64,000 nt of DNA from a virus (taxonomy: Duplodnaviria > Caudoviricetes). Position 1 is the first letter of the stretch. Every line of letters starts with the position of its first letter. Below are positions 20,125 through 29,511 of this stretch, one piece after another. Location: positions 1,541 through 65,540 of the IMG/VR virus record IMGVR_UViG_3300022723_000262; one strand, given 5' to 3'. Below the pieces are notes generated by a model, which searched no databases, was not told the DNA's origin, and saw only the letters and a program-made list of their open reading frames with translations. The position numbers and the translations under genes were made by a program.

Positions 20125-20427
20125 ATGACCGTTGGCGTGTTCCGTTTTTCATTTTCACCCGAAGTCCCGATCTACGAAGTCGAGATGACGCTACAACTGG
20201 CGACCTTCGCCACCGAGGGTTTGTTCGGCGCGGCACGGGTGCGACTCGACTTCGGCTACCACATCGATCTGAACCGTCGCGTGATCATCGCCGACGGCTC
20301 GAACGAAGTGGGCGCGACGGTCGTGCAGATTTTCGCTGGCCTGCTCCTGCGTGAATTCGGTGATGACTCGTTCCAGGTCGACCGCGTCGACTCGAATCCC
20401 ACCCCGCCCTTGAAAGCCGCCGCGTGA
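20125..20427 (+). CDS. Hypothetical phage protein
   Basis: AAGGAG RBS; first gene after the promoter motif. Confidence 0.75.
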   Translation: MTVGVFRFSFSPEVPIYEVEMTLQLATFATEGLFGAARVRLDFGYHIDLNRRVIIADGSNEVGATVVQIFAGLLLREFGDDSFQVDRVDSNPTPPLKAAA

Positions 20428-20489
20428 GTTCGTGGGGCTTGCCGATTCCCGTGGCGACTGCCACGCCTGGTTGGCTGGAGCACTGTCAC

Positions 20490-20687
20490 ATGAATACCGA
20501 ACGCAGGAAGCGCACGTGCCTGAAGTGCAACCGGCTCTTCGATTCGGCCGGTCCCGGCAACCGCATCTGCCGGCGCTGTCAGCAAGTGAACGACCGTCTG
20601 CCGCGATTCACCGAACAGCAGTTGCAGAAACAACGCGGCGTCAAGCGGCACAACGGCGACATCATCGAACCCGTCCTGGATGAATGA
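20490..20687 (+). CDS. Small zinc-finger protein
   Basis: CLKC...CRRC; GGAG RBS. Confidence 0.65.
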   Translation: MNTERRKRTCLKCNRLFDSAGPGNRICRRCQQVNDRLPRFTEQQLQKQRGVKRHNGDIIEPVLDE

Positions 20688-20704
20688 TGGTCGGAGCAAA
20701 CCAC

Positions 20705-21745
20705 ATGACACAACTCGCACCCGCACCGCCGGACAAGAGCGTGCTGACGTTCTCGGCGCTGAACACGTTTCGCAACTGCCCGCGGAAGTACAAGCATCGC
20801 TATATCGACTGCCTGCGGCCGCGGGAGAAGCCCGATGCCCTGTCGTTCGGCAGCGTCGTGCATGGCGCGATCGAACTGTGGTATCGATCGGAGCCGAGCG
20901 AGAACCGCCTGTGGTCGGTGCTGGACTACCTCGATCAGCAGTTTCCGCTGCGGGTCGTCGATGACGAACAGAAGGCGACGTGGAACCTGGCCCGCGCGAT
21001 GTTCACAGGGTATGCCGGCCGTTACGCGACCGAAGACTTCGAGATCGTCGAGGTCGAATTGCCGTTCACCGGCGAGATCCGCAATCCCGATACCGGTCGG
21101 CCGAGCCAGACGTTCGTGATGGCCGGCAAGGCAGACGCCATCGTGAAGCGATCCGATGGCATGTATCTGCTCGAGCACAAGACCGCGTCTTCGATCGACG
21201 CGAACTACCTCGACAAACTGTGGACCGACACTCAGATCGCGCTCTACAGCTTTTATCTGCGGCAGCTCGGCTATCCGATTGTGGGCGTGATCTACAACGT
21301 CCTCCTCAAGTCACGTCTAAAGCAGAAGGCGGGCGAGACGGAAGCTGAGTACGAAACGCGGCGCATGGAACTGGCGGCCAAGAACAAGAGCGGCCGTTCG
21401 ACCGCCAAGCGTCAGATGCCGGAGTCGGACGAAGAGTTTCAGGCCCGTCTCGCCGAATGGTACGCCCGCCCTGACGCCTTCCACCGCGAGCACATTTATC
21501 TCTCTGAAGACCGCCTGGCCATGTTGCAGGAAGAGGTCTGGGAGATCACGCAGCAGTATCTTGACGCCCGCCGGCGCGGCAAATGGCTGCTCAACACTTC
21601 GAACTGCTTCTCGTACCAGCGCCCCTGCGAGTACCTGCCTTACTGCCAGTCCGGCTTCAATCCGAACGTTGTCGACAACCTCTACGACATCTCACCTCCG
21701 CATGAGGAGCTGGCACCGGCCGATTCCGAAGCACCCGTTTTTTGA
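20705..21745 (+). CDS. PD-(D/E)XK RecB/Cas4-like exonuclease
   Basis: SALNTFRNCPRKY, GKAD...LLEHKT, QIALY and C-terminal C..C..C cluster. Confidence 0.85.
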   Translation: MTQLAPAPPDKSVLTFSALNTFRNCPRKYKHRYIDCLRPREKPDALSFGSVVHGAIELWYRSEPSENRLWSVLDYLDQQFPLRVVDDEQKATWNLARAMFTGYAGRYATEDFEIVEVELPFTGEIRNPDTGRPSQTFVMAGKADAIVKRSDGMYLLEHKTASSIDANYLDKLWTDTQIALYSFYLRQLGYPIVGVIYNVLLKSRLKQKAGETEAEYETRRMELAAKNKSGRSTAKRQMPESDEEFQARLAEWYARPDAFHREHIYLSEDRLAMLQEEVWEITQQYLDARRRGKWLLNTSNCFSYQRPCEYLPYCQSGFNPNVVDNLYDISPPHEELAPADSEAPVF

Positions 21746-21759
21746 CAAGGAGCACCCCC

Positions 21760-22548
21760 ATGACTTTGACGTTGCCCACACAACGCACCAAACCGATCAC
21801 CGACCTCAGCAAACAGACCATCCTGCTGTATTCGGCGCCCAAGCTCGGCAAGTCCACGTTTGCGAGTCGTTTCCCCGAAGCCGTCTTCTTCGAGTGCGAG
21901 CCTGGCCTCAGCCACTTGGAAGTTTTCAAGGTGCCGACCTACACCTGGGACGATTTCCTGGCGGCGTGCAAGCTGGTCGCGCAGGGCAACCACCCGTTCA
22001 AGACGATCGTGATCGATACAGCGGACAATGCTTTCAAGTTCTGCAGCGAGCACGTCTGCGCGAAGCACAACATCGAATACGAAGGCGACATGGGGCACGG
22101 CAAGGGCTGGGCTCTGGTCAAGAATGAATGGCATCGCGTGCTTACACGGTTGGCCAGCCTGCCGTACGGTCTGGTTCTCATCTCGCACGCCCAGGACAAG
22201 ACGATCGAGACGCGGACTGGCGAATACACCAAGACGCAGCCGAGCTTGCCGGATCGCGCTCGCGGCGTCGTGCTCGGCCTGGTTGACATCATCCTCTACG
22301 GCGACGCGATTCCGCGCAAGGACGCTGCCGGCAACGTCACGATCGATCGCGTCATGCGCACCAAGCCGCATCCGACTTACGAAGCCGGTGACCGCACCGG
22401 TCGCCTGCCGGATGTCCTGCCCCTCGATTACGACGCCTTCGTGAAGGCATTCAATTCCGCTGCTCCCGGCTCGATTCCCGGCACCGGTGGCGCGGCGGAG
22501 CGTTCCAAGCAGCCGGGAAGCACCCAAAACGGAAAGGCTCAAAAATGA
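21760..22548 (+). CDS. Sak4-like AAA ATPase (phage recombination protein)
   Basis: YSAPKLGKST Walker A, TIVIDT, LISH; sits between an exonuclease and DUF669. Confidence 0.8.
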   Translation: MTLTLPTQRTKPITDLSKQTILLYSAPKLGKSTFASRFPEAVFFECEPGLSHLEVFKVPTYTWDDFLAACKLVAQGNHPFKTIVIDTADNAFKFCSEHVCAKHNIEYEGDMGHGKGWALVKNEWHRVLTRLASLPYGLVLISHAQDKTIETRTGEYTKTQPSLPDRARGVVLGLVDIILYGDAIPRKDAAGNVTIDRVMRTKPHPTYEAGDRTGRLPDVLPLDYDAFVKAFNSAAPGSIPGTGGAAERSKQPGSTQNGKAQK

Positions 22549-23009
22549 GCGAGTACGACGATAGCTTTGCCCCCGACAACAGCGGCGTTGACCTCAGCGC
22601 GTTCGACGACGATTTTTCCTCGGCCGAAGCGCCCAGCTTCGACGAAGTCCCCGACGGCAAGTACCAGGCGCGGATCGATGAAGTGCGGTTGGACCGCAGC
22701 CAGAAGGGTGACCCGATGATCAAGTGGGACTTGATCGTGATCGCCGGGTCGCAAGCGGGCCGCCACATTTTCAAGAACTCGGTGATCACCCCGGCGGCGC
22801 TGCCGTTCGTGAAGGGCGACCTGAAGACCGTGGGCCTCGAGCTGGCCAAGTTCAGCGATCTTGCCGGTCGGCTTGAGGAACTGCTCGACGTGACGTTGGA
22901 GGTCACCAAGCGAACGCGCGGCGAGTACACAAACGTGTACTTCAACAAGCGGATTCAGATCGCGGCGGATGCTGCCGGTCGACCGTCGGCCGACGAGACT
23001 CCGTTTTGA
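22545..23009 (+). CDS. DUF669 family (SSB-like) protein
   Basis: VPDGKYQARI...SQKGDPMIKW; acidic tail ending in PF. Confidence 0.8.
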   Translation: MSEYDDSFAPDNSGVDLSAFDDDFSSAEAPSFDEVPDGKYQARIDEVRLDRSQKGDPMIKWDLIVIAGSQAGRHIFKNSVITPAALPFVKGDLKTVGLELAKFSDLAGRLEELLDVTLEVTKRTRGEYTNVYFNKRIQIAADAAGRPSADETPF

Positions 23010-23055
23010 TCAGGGATGAAACCGGCACCAAAGCACTCCTGTGACCACGGGTGCG

Positions 23056-23167
23056 GCCGAGGCGGGATGGCGTGCCCTGCGGCAAACAACGATGCGGCAT
23101 CGCCGGGTCCGCATCATGCCGGTGGGGAAAGACTCCCCGTGCCCGCCTCGGCTCTTTTTTGTTTTTT
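23056..23167 (+). terminator. Branched RNA structure closed by an 11-bp stem followed by a long T tract (terminator/attenuator candidate)
   Basis: GCCGAGGCGGG (23056-66) pairs with CCCGCCTCGGC (23142-52), then TCTTTTTTGTTTTTT. Confidence 0.5.
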
Positions 23168-23190
23168 GCAATCACGGATGTGACGCCGGC

Positions 23191-23643
23191 ATGGACTTTC
23201 AAATCGTAATCGACTCGCGGGAGCAGGAACCATACTCGTTCGCCTGTCCGGTTGTCCGCGCCAAACTCGACGCGGGCGACTACTCGGTGTCGGGCCTCGA
23301 GCGCCGCGTCGCGGTTGAACGCAAGAGCCTGTCAGACTTCGTCCACACCGTGATCCACGATGCGACTCGGTTTGCGGCCGAGTTGCAGAAGCTGGCTGGC
23401 ATGGATACCGCCAGCATCGTGGTTGAAGCCAACCTGGACGACGTGCTGCGCGGCCACCACGAGGATGTGCTGCGGTCCGTCGTTCCGCAGGCAGTCTTGG
23501 GCGCAGCGCTGCATATCGCACTGCATTGGGGCGTCCCTGTCTACTGGTGCGGCTCCCGCCAGGCTGCCTGCGCGTTCACGGATGCCTACCTTCGGATGTT
23601 CGTGCGGACGCTGGTCGCACAGGAAGGTGCTCGCGATGCCTGA
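23191..23643 (+). CDS. ERCC4-domain nuclease
   Basis: IDSREQ, GDY and VERKS motifs. Confidence 0.88.
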   Translation: MDFQIVIDSREQEPYSFACPVVRAKLDAGDYSVSGLERRVAVERKSLSDFVHTVIHDATRFAAELQKLAGMDTASIVVEANLDDVLRGHHEDVLRSVVPQAVLGAALHIALHWGVPVYWCGSRQAACAFTDAYLRMFVRTLVAQEGARDA

Positions 23644-25801
23644 CAAAATCAGCGGCACCGTTGATCGAACATATTTTACGAGCCCCAAGTTCTCGGCCGG
23701 CGTTCTCCTGGCCGACACCGGCGATCGCGTTCGGTTTCGAGGTCCGTTCTGTGTCAATGAAGGCGACCTGGTCACGCTAGTCGGCCGCTGGAAGGTCGAC
23801 CCGAAGTACGGTCCGCAGTTCGCCGCCGACAGTCTCAGTTACGAATTGCCCAATAGCCCCGAGGGGTTGGTTCAGTACCTTGCCAAGCATCCGGCATTCG
23901 TAGGGATCGGAGAGGCGACGGCCCGCAAGATCGTGGCGCATGCCGCCAGCGCAGCGCATCTGGACCGCTTGATCCGTCAGGACATCGACGAGCTGCACCG
24001 GGAGCTGCGCATTCGCAAGTCCACGCTCGAGTCGCTCCGCGAAGCCTGGATTGCGCACAGTGCCGACAACGAGATTCGCTCGTACCTGGCCAGCTTCGGT
24101 CTGACCCATCATCAGATGGAGACGCTTCTGCAGACGTTCGGTAACTCGGTGGTCGGCGTGCTCCGTGCCGATCCGTATCAGCTGATCAGTTACGTAAAGG
24201 GCTACGGCTTCAAGAAGGTCGATAAGATCGCCCGCGCCATGGGCACGCCCAAGGACCACGCCGGACGAATCGAGGCTGGAGTGCTCTTTATCGTGAGCGA
24301 TGAACTGTCCTCGGGTCACACATGGACAGCGGGTGCGGACCTGCTCGACAAGGCTAATGGCCTGCTACTGCTGGATACGCTCGATAGCCGCGACGTGATT
24401 CGGGCAGCCGCTGAGCGATTGCTGCAGGAGGGACAGTTGGTCGCGGACGGCAACGCCGTCACGATGCCGTGGTGCCTGGAGACGGAACGGTTCATCCAAT
24501 CCGTATTCGACCTGCAAGGTTGGGCAGAGCGTCCACTGGCCGGAATACGGCTGCAGCTGACCGGACTGAAAGCCAAGCAAGCGGAAGCCTGTCGTGCTGC
24601 GCTGCGATACGGGATCGTCGTCATCTCCGGCGGTGCCGGTACCGGCAAGACCTATGTGTTGGCCCGACTGGCGAGGTCATTTCAAGACTCCCGGCTACGC
24701 GTTGCCCTTTGTTCTCCGACCGGCAAGGCGGCCAAGCGAATCGAGGAATCCCTCCGCGCTCAGGGACTCGATCTCGAAGCCAAGACAATTCACCGATTGC
24801 TGGAGTACGACGGACACGAGTTTCATCGGGAAAGCCTGTCGCAGCCGAGCGATGACGACGATGACGCCGATCCCGGTTTCGATGTCGTGATCATCGATGA
24901 GGTCTCGATGGTGGATGTGCCGCTGATGGCTGAGTTGCTGCGGCGCATCGATTTCTCGCGAACGCGGTTGATTTTGGTCGGCGACCACAACCAGCTGCCG
25001 CCGGTCGGACCCGGCAACGTGCTGCGGGACGTGATCCAGCACAATCTGGTGCCGACCGTGATTCTCGATGAAGTCGTCCGCCAGGCCGGTGTGCTCAAGA
25101 CCAACAGCATGGCCGTGCTCTCTGGCGCAATCGCGCCGACAGCCGTGGACGATCCAGCGTGGTCGGTCGTCGACGTCTTCCAGGATCCTCAGCAGATCCA
25201 GGTCTATCTGCGTGAACTCGTCCTGCAGAAGATCCCCGATCGGCTGCGGTTGGACCCGATCAACGACGTCCAGATCATCACCCCCACGCACATCGGCTCG
25301 CTCGGGACCAAAGCCATCAACCAAATGATGCAGCGACTGCTGCACGGCGAGGTTGCGCGAAAGTTCGCGGTTGCCGACAAGGTCATCCAAACCGTCAACG
25401 ACTACGGCCTCGGTGTGATGAACGGCACGATCGGGCGTGTTGTCGAAATCGAGCCTGGACCGGGCGGCGGATACTGGATCGACTTCGACGGCTCCGGCGT
25501 GCGGCACATCAAGGACGAACAGGTGCTCAACGTCCAGCTTGCCTACGCACTCACGGCACACAAGGCCCAAGGCAGCGAGTTCCCTTGCGTCGTCGTGCTC
25601 TGCCACAAGTCGCACTTCTTCGCGGATCGCAACTGGATGTACACCGCCGTCACGCGGGCGGCACGGTATTGCATCCTGATGGGCGACCGCTGGGGCCTGC
25701 GCAACGCCGTCAAGAAGAACAACACGATTCGGCGGCGGACGTTTCTCAACCTGTGGGCATCCGCCGCTGAACCGGCTTCGCCACTGGAGGTGCCCGCATG
25801 A
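23636..25801 (+). CDS. RecD2-like helicase
   Basis: YGPQF, GIGE HhH, GGAGTGKT, IIDEVSM, GDHNQLPPV, YALTAHKAQGSEF. Confidence 0.9.
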   Translation: MPDKISGTVDRTYFTSPKFSAGVLLADTGDRVRFRGPFCVNEGDLVTLVGRWKVDPKYGPQFAADSLSYELPNSPEGLVQYLAKHPAFVGIGEATARKIVAHAASAAHLDRLIRQDIDELHRELRIRKSTLESLREAWIAHSADNEIRSYLASFGLTHHQMETLLQTFGNSVVGVLRADPYQLISYVKGYGFKKVDKIARAMGTPKDHAGRIEAGVLFIVSDELSSGHTWTAGADLLDKANGLLLLDTLDSRDVIRAAAERLLQEGQLVADGNAVTMPWCLETERFIQSVFDLQGWAERPLAGIRLQLTGLKAKQAEACRAALRYGIVVISGGAGTGKTYVLARLARSFQDSRLRVALCSPTGKAAKRIEESLRAQGLDLEAKTIHRLLEYDGHEFHRESLSQPSDDDDDADPGFDVVIIDEVSMVDVPLMAELLRRIDFSRTRLILVGDHNQLPPVGPGNVLRDVIQHNLVPTVILDEVVRQAGVLKTNSMAVLSGAIAPTAVDDPAWSVVDVFQDPQQIQVYLRELVLQKIPDRLRLDPINDVQIITPTHIGSLGTKAINQMMQRLLHGEVARKFAVADKVIQTVNDYGLGVMNGTIGRVVEIEPGPGGGYWIDFDGSGVRHIKDEQVLNVQLAYALTAHKAQGSEFPCVVVLCHKSHFFADRNWMYTAVTRAARYCILMGDRWGLRNAVKKNNTIRRRTFLNLWASAAEPASPLEVPA

Positions 25802-26064
25802 CACCTCAACCGCAAGCGAGCCACGATCCGGTCGCGCATCCTCGCCACTACACGTTCGGCGGCATCGAAGTGATCGATGCAATCGAAGCGTGGTGGCTGG
25901 GATTTCATCTGGGCAACGTCGTGAAATACGTCGCGCGGGCCGCCCACAAGGGAACCTATCTCGAAGACCTGCGGAAGGCTCGCTGGTACCTGGACCGGGA
26001 AATCGAGCGACGAACTGCTGAGCGACCACCAGTTACCGACACACCGCGGGAGATCGAAACATGA
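25798..26064 (+). CDS. DUF3310 domain protein
   Basis: DPVAHPRHY...IEVIDAI...GNVVKYVARA.HKG..EDLRKARWYL. Confidence 0.88.
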   Translation: MTPQPQASHDPVAHPRHYTFGGIEVIDAIEAWWLGFHLGNVVKYVARAAHKGTYLEDLRKARWYLDREIERRTAERPPVTDTPREIET

Positions 26065-28637
26065 CCTCCGCGGCATCCGTCGATCTCCATCTGATTCATG
26101 CCAACGCGCCGGGCGGAGTGCGCGATAGCCCCCAGTGGGTCGCATGGAAATACATCGAGCGGGACGGCAAGCCGACCAAGTCGCCGATCAACCCGCACAC
26201 GGGCGAATTCGCCAGTTCGACGGACGCATCCACCTGGGGAACATTCGACGAAGCAATTGCCGCCTGCAGCCAGGACTCTGGTCTCGCTGGCGTGGGATTC
26301 GTGTTCACTGCCGACGACCCGTATTGCGGTGTCGATCTGGACGATTGTCGCGATCCCGAAAGCGGCCAGCTCAAGGACTGGGCGCAGGAGATCGTGCAAG
26401 AGCTCGCCAGCTACACCGAGGTCAGCCCGTCGGGCACCGGCGTCAAAGTGTTCGTGCAAGCGACGAAACTGGGATCGCGCTGTCGCAAAGCCTATCACGA
26501 CGGCGAGGTCGAGATTTACGATCGCGACCGGTTCTTCACGGTCACCGGGGAGCGGCTCAGCGACACGCCTGTCAGCATTGAGGAGCGGCAAGCGCAGCTC
26601 GATGCACTCTACCTGGCGGTCTTCGGCGACGATGGCCACGCTGATGGACCGTCGGTTCCGTCGGGAACGCCGGGTCCGAAGCCCAGCAACAACGGTCACG
26701 TCCATCTCGACGACAACGAAATCGTCGAGCTTGCGTCAAACCAACGACGCAGCGGAGCGAAGTTCGCGGCGCTCTGGTCGGGCGACTGGAACTCCCATTT
26801 CAATTCCGCCAGCGAGGCGGACTCGTCGGTCGTGTTCACGTTGGCGTTCTACACGAAGGATGCCGCGCAGATTGACCGGCTGTTCCGCAGCTCGGGACTG
26901 ATGCGTCCGAAGTGGGACGAGGTGCATGGCGAGCAGACCTATGGCCAGATGACGGTCGCCAAGGCACTGGGCAAGGTCACGAAGCAGTACAAGCCAAAGG
27001 GCAAACGGAAGCGACCAACGGCCCCGCCGCCAACAAAGCCTGACTTGCCTTCGATCGTCATCGACGACAAGCAGCTTAGCGACCTCACCGACCAGGCCTT
27101 GACCGCAATTATTCAGTCGAACAAGCCGCCCGTCGTGTTCGTGCGGGCGGGAGCGGTGGCTCGCGTCGTCCGCGACGAGAATAGCGTGCCCAAAGTGGAG
27201 ACCTTCGACCGCGTGCGAATGCGATGTCGCCTGGCGGAGGTTGCCAACTTCTTCACGCTCCGCAAGGGCGAAGGAGGTTGCTACGAGCAGGTCGGCACCA
27301 ATCCACCGCTCTCACTCGCGGAGAACGTGTTGGCCCAGACGACCTGGAACCTGCCGCCGCTGGCCGGCATCGCCCGCGCGCCGATTCTGCGCCACGACGG
27401 CACCATCTGTACACAGCCCGGCTACGATCCGGTTTCGCGATTGATGTACTGCCCCGATCCGGGCCTCGTGCTCACGCCGATTCCAGAGTATCCCGACAGT
27501 AACGAAGTCCAGGCATGCGTCGATATTCTGCTCGACGTGATCAGCGACTTTCCCTTCGCCGACGATCCGAGCCGTGCCAATGCGCTGGCCATATTGTTTT
27601 CGTTGCTTATGCGGCCGGTGATCACAGGGCACGTGCCGCTGGCGATCATCGATGCTCCCATGCAGGGAACCGGTAAGACGCTGCTAGTCACCGCTCTGGG
27701 GACCATCGCCGTAGGCAACGTATCGTCCGAGTCGATTCCGTCGAAAGAGAATGACGACGAATGGCGGAAGAAGATCACATCGATCCTGCTCGCCGCCTCG
27801 CCATTTGTGCTGTTGGATAACATTCCGGACAACACGACGATCGACTCGCCCTCGCTAGCCGCAGCGCTCACGACCGAGGAATGGTCTGATCGTCTTCTGG
27901 GTCGCAACAACGCCATCCGCCTGCCGTCGCGCGTCATCTGGGCCGCTACGGGTAATAACCTGCGGGTCGCTGGCGACATGCCGCGCCGCAGTTACAGCAT
28001 CCGACTGGATGCTAATGCCGAACGCCCTTGGGAGCGGACTGGTTTCAAGATCAAAGGGCTCGAACGCCATGTCCGAGCCAATCGCGGTGATCTGCTTTCG
28101 GCAGCACTCACAATCGTGAGAGCGTGGTACACGAACGGTAAGCCTCAAGCGTCCGTTCCCGCGCTTGGCAGCTTCGACGAATGGGCCGAGATCATTGGGA
28201 GCGTCTTGGCGTTCGCTGGAATCGACGGTTTCCTTGGCAACCTTGCCCAGACACAGCTCGTGCAGGATGAGGATACGCAGCAGTGGAGCGCCTTCTTTGA
28301 AGCCTGGTGGGAGGAGTTCAACACCCTGCCGGTGGTCGTCGACGAGCTCTGCAAACGTCTCATCGAGGAGGGTGTACAAGGCGAAGGGACGGCGCGCGCA
28401 GTGCCCGATGCGCTCCTTGTACATCTCGATGTACACGGTGCGCGCGCGGGCGCACTGCGTCGCTCGCTGGGACGGCATCTCTCGCGACTCACTGGTCGCA
28501 TCTTCAACGGCCACAAGTTGTTGGACGCAGGACGCGATACGAGTCGCAAAGTTCGACGCTGGAAACTTGCGGGGTTAGTAACCCCGGACGCCAATCCTAA
28601 CCCGGCGCTTAACCCCGGTCAGAAAGGTTTGTGGTAG
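26061..28637 (+). CDS. NrS-1-like primase-polymerase fused to a P-loop helicase-like domain
   Basis: QWVAWK, GVDLDDC, YTEVSPSGTG, RFFTVTG, SEAD...IDRLFRSSGLMRPKW, QGTGKT. Confidence 0.82.
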   Translation: MTSAASVDLHLIHANAPGGVRDSPQWVAWKYIERDGKPTKSPINPHTGEFASSTDASTWGTFDEAIAACSQDSGLAGVGFVFTADDPYCGVDLDDCRDPESGQLKDWAQEIVQELASYTEVSPSGTGVKVFVQATKLGSRCRKAYHDGEVEIYDRDRFFTVTGERLSDTPVSIEERQAQLDALYLAVFGDDGHADGPSVPSGTPGPKPSNNGHVHLDDNEIVELASNQRRSGAKFAALWSGDWNSHFNSASEADSSVVFTLAFYTKDAAQIDRLFRSSGLMRPKWDEVHGEQTYGQMTVAKALGKVTKQYKPKGKRKRPTAPPPTKPDLPSIVIDDKQLSDLTDQALTAIIQSNKPPVVFVRAGAVARVVRDENSVPKVETFDRVRMRCRLAEVANFFTLRKGEGGCYEQVGTNPPLSLAENVLAQTTWNLPPLAGIARAPILRHDGTICTQPGYDPVSRLMYCPDPGLVLTPIPEYPDSNEVQACVDILLDVISDFPFADDPSRANALAILFSLLMRPVITGHVPLAIIDAPMQGTGKTLLVTALGTIAVGNVSSESIPSKENDDEWRKKITSILLAASPFVLLDNIPDNTTIDSPSLAAALTTEEWSDRLLGRNNAIRLPSRVIWAATGNNLRVAGDMPRRSYSIRLDANAERPWERTGFKIKGLERHVRANRGDLLSAALTIVRAWYTNGKPQASVPALGSFDEWAEIIGSVLAFAGIDGFLGNLAQTQLVQDEDTQQWSAFFEAWWEEFNTLPVVVDELCKRLIEEGVQGEGTARAVPDALLVHLDVHGARAGALRRSLGRHLSRLTGRIFNGHKLLDAGRDTSRKVRRWKLAGLVTPDANPNPALNPGQKGLW

Positions 28638-28790
28638 CAACATGTTGCGAAAATCACCGGGGTTTTGCGGGTTATTTCGCCCCTATGCTTACACGTACGC
28701 GAGATGTACGCACATAGAAAAGCGCGTACACGTACATCAGCGCTATACAAGTAGCGGGAAAATAACCCGAAAAACCCCCTTAACCCCGCA
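28569..28790. repeat. Cluster of TAACCC(C)G direct and inverted repeats (putative replication origin)
   Basis: About 7 copies in both orientations; 19-bp near-perfect inverted repeat GGGGTTTTGCGGGTTATTT / AAATAACCCGAAAAACCCC at the 3' end of the primase gene. Confidence 0.6.
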
Positions 28791-29130
28791 ACGGCTGTTT
28801 GGGATCAGACACGCCGGATCTCGCGCGGGAACCCTCTCGCCCACCTCCGCGTCACGTTGGGCCACGTCGCGAGACTCGCTTCCCACCGCCACGACGATCC
28901 CACTTCGCCACCGGTCGCGACACGCGGCCACCCGTTGGCCCACGGCACGTCTGCCAAAGTGGCAGAGCCAAAGACCAGTCGCCAACGGGGCAATGGTTCC
29001 TTCCCGGCGAAAACTCACAGGAGAGGCCCGCGGGAACAGTCGCCAACCATCACAGAGTTTGTTTTCCAAGTCCGAAAACTCGTCCCGGACATAACCCACG
29101 ACACGCGTCCATCCCCAAAGGACCAAACCC

Positions 29131-29364
29131 ATGACATCTCACCCGAGCCATAACCGCTGGAACGACATGGTGGTGCCGGCAGCCAAGGGACTCGAACGGT
29201 TCTTCTGGAACCTGGCCTGGTTTGCTGTGATCGTCGTCCTGCTTTTCGGCGGGCCATGCCTGAACCGCTCAACACAACATGGAGGTCGAAATGACGAGCA
29301 GCGCCGCGTTGATTCTGCCGGACAGCCGGATCTGCAATACGAGACCGAAGGCGGGGAACGATGA
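29131..29364 (+). CDS. Small single-TM hypothetical protein
   Basis: AAGGA RBS; hydrophobic FFWNLAWFAVIVVLLFGG. Confidence 0.5.
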   Translation: MTSHPSHNRWNDMVVPAAKGLERFFWNLAWFAVIVVLLFGGPCLNRSTQHGGRNDEQRRVDSAGQPDLQYETEGGER

Positions 29365-29511
29365 CCTGTGCGACGGTTGCTCATGGCGTCTGTTAACTCG
29401 CCATCCCACGATTCGCCCGTTCACTCTCGACCCCATCGAACTACCACCGTCAGGCAACGAAGCCAACGGTTTACAAGCGATTGCCATTCGCATTTTGGAG
29501 GAGGACTGCCG

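Noticed and set aside
20705-21745. Cas4-like nuclease as a sign of CRISPR-Cas
   Set aside because: No repeat-spacer array or other cas genes; context (Sak4, DUF669) is phage recombination
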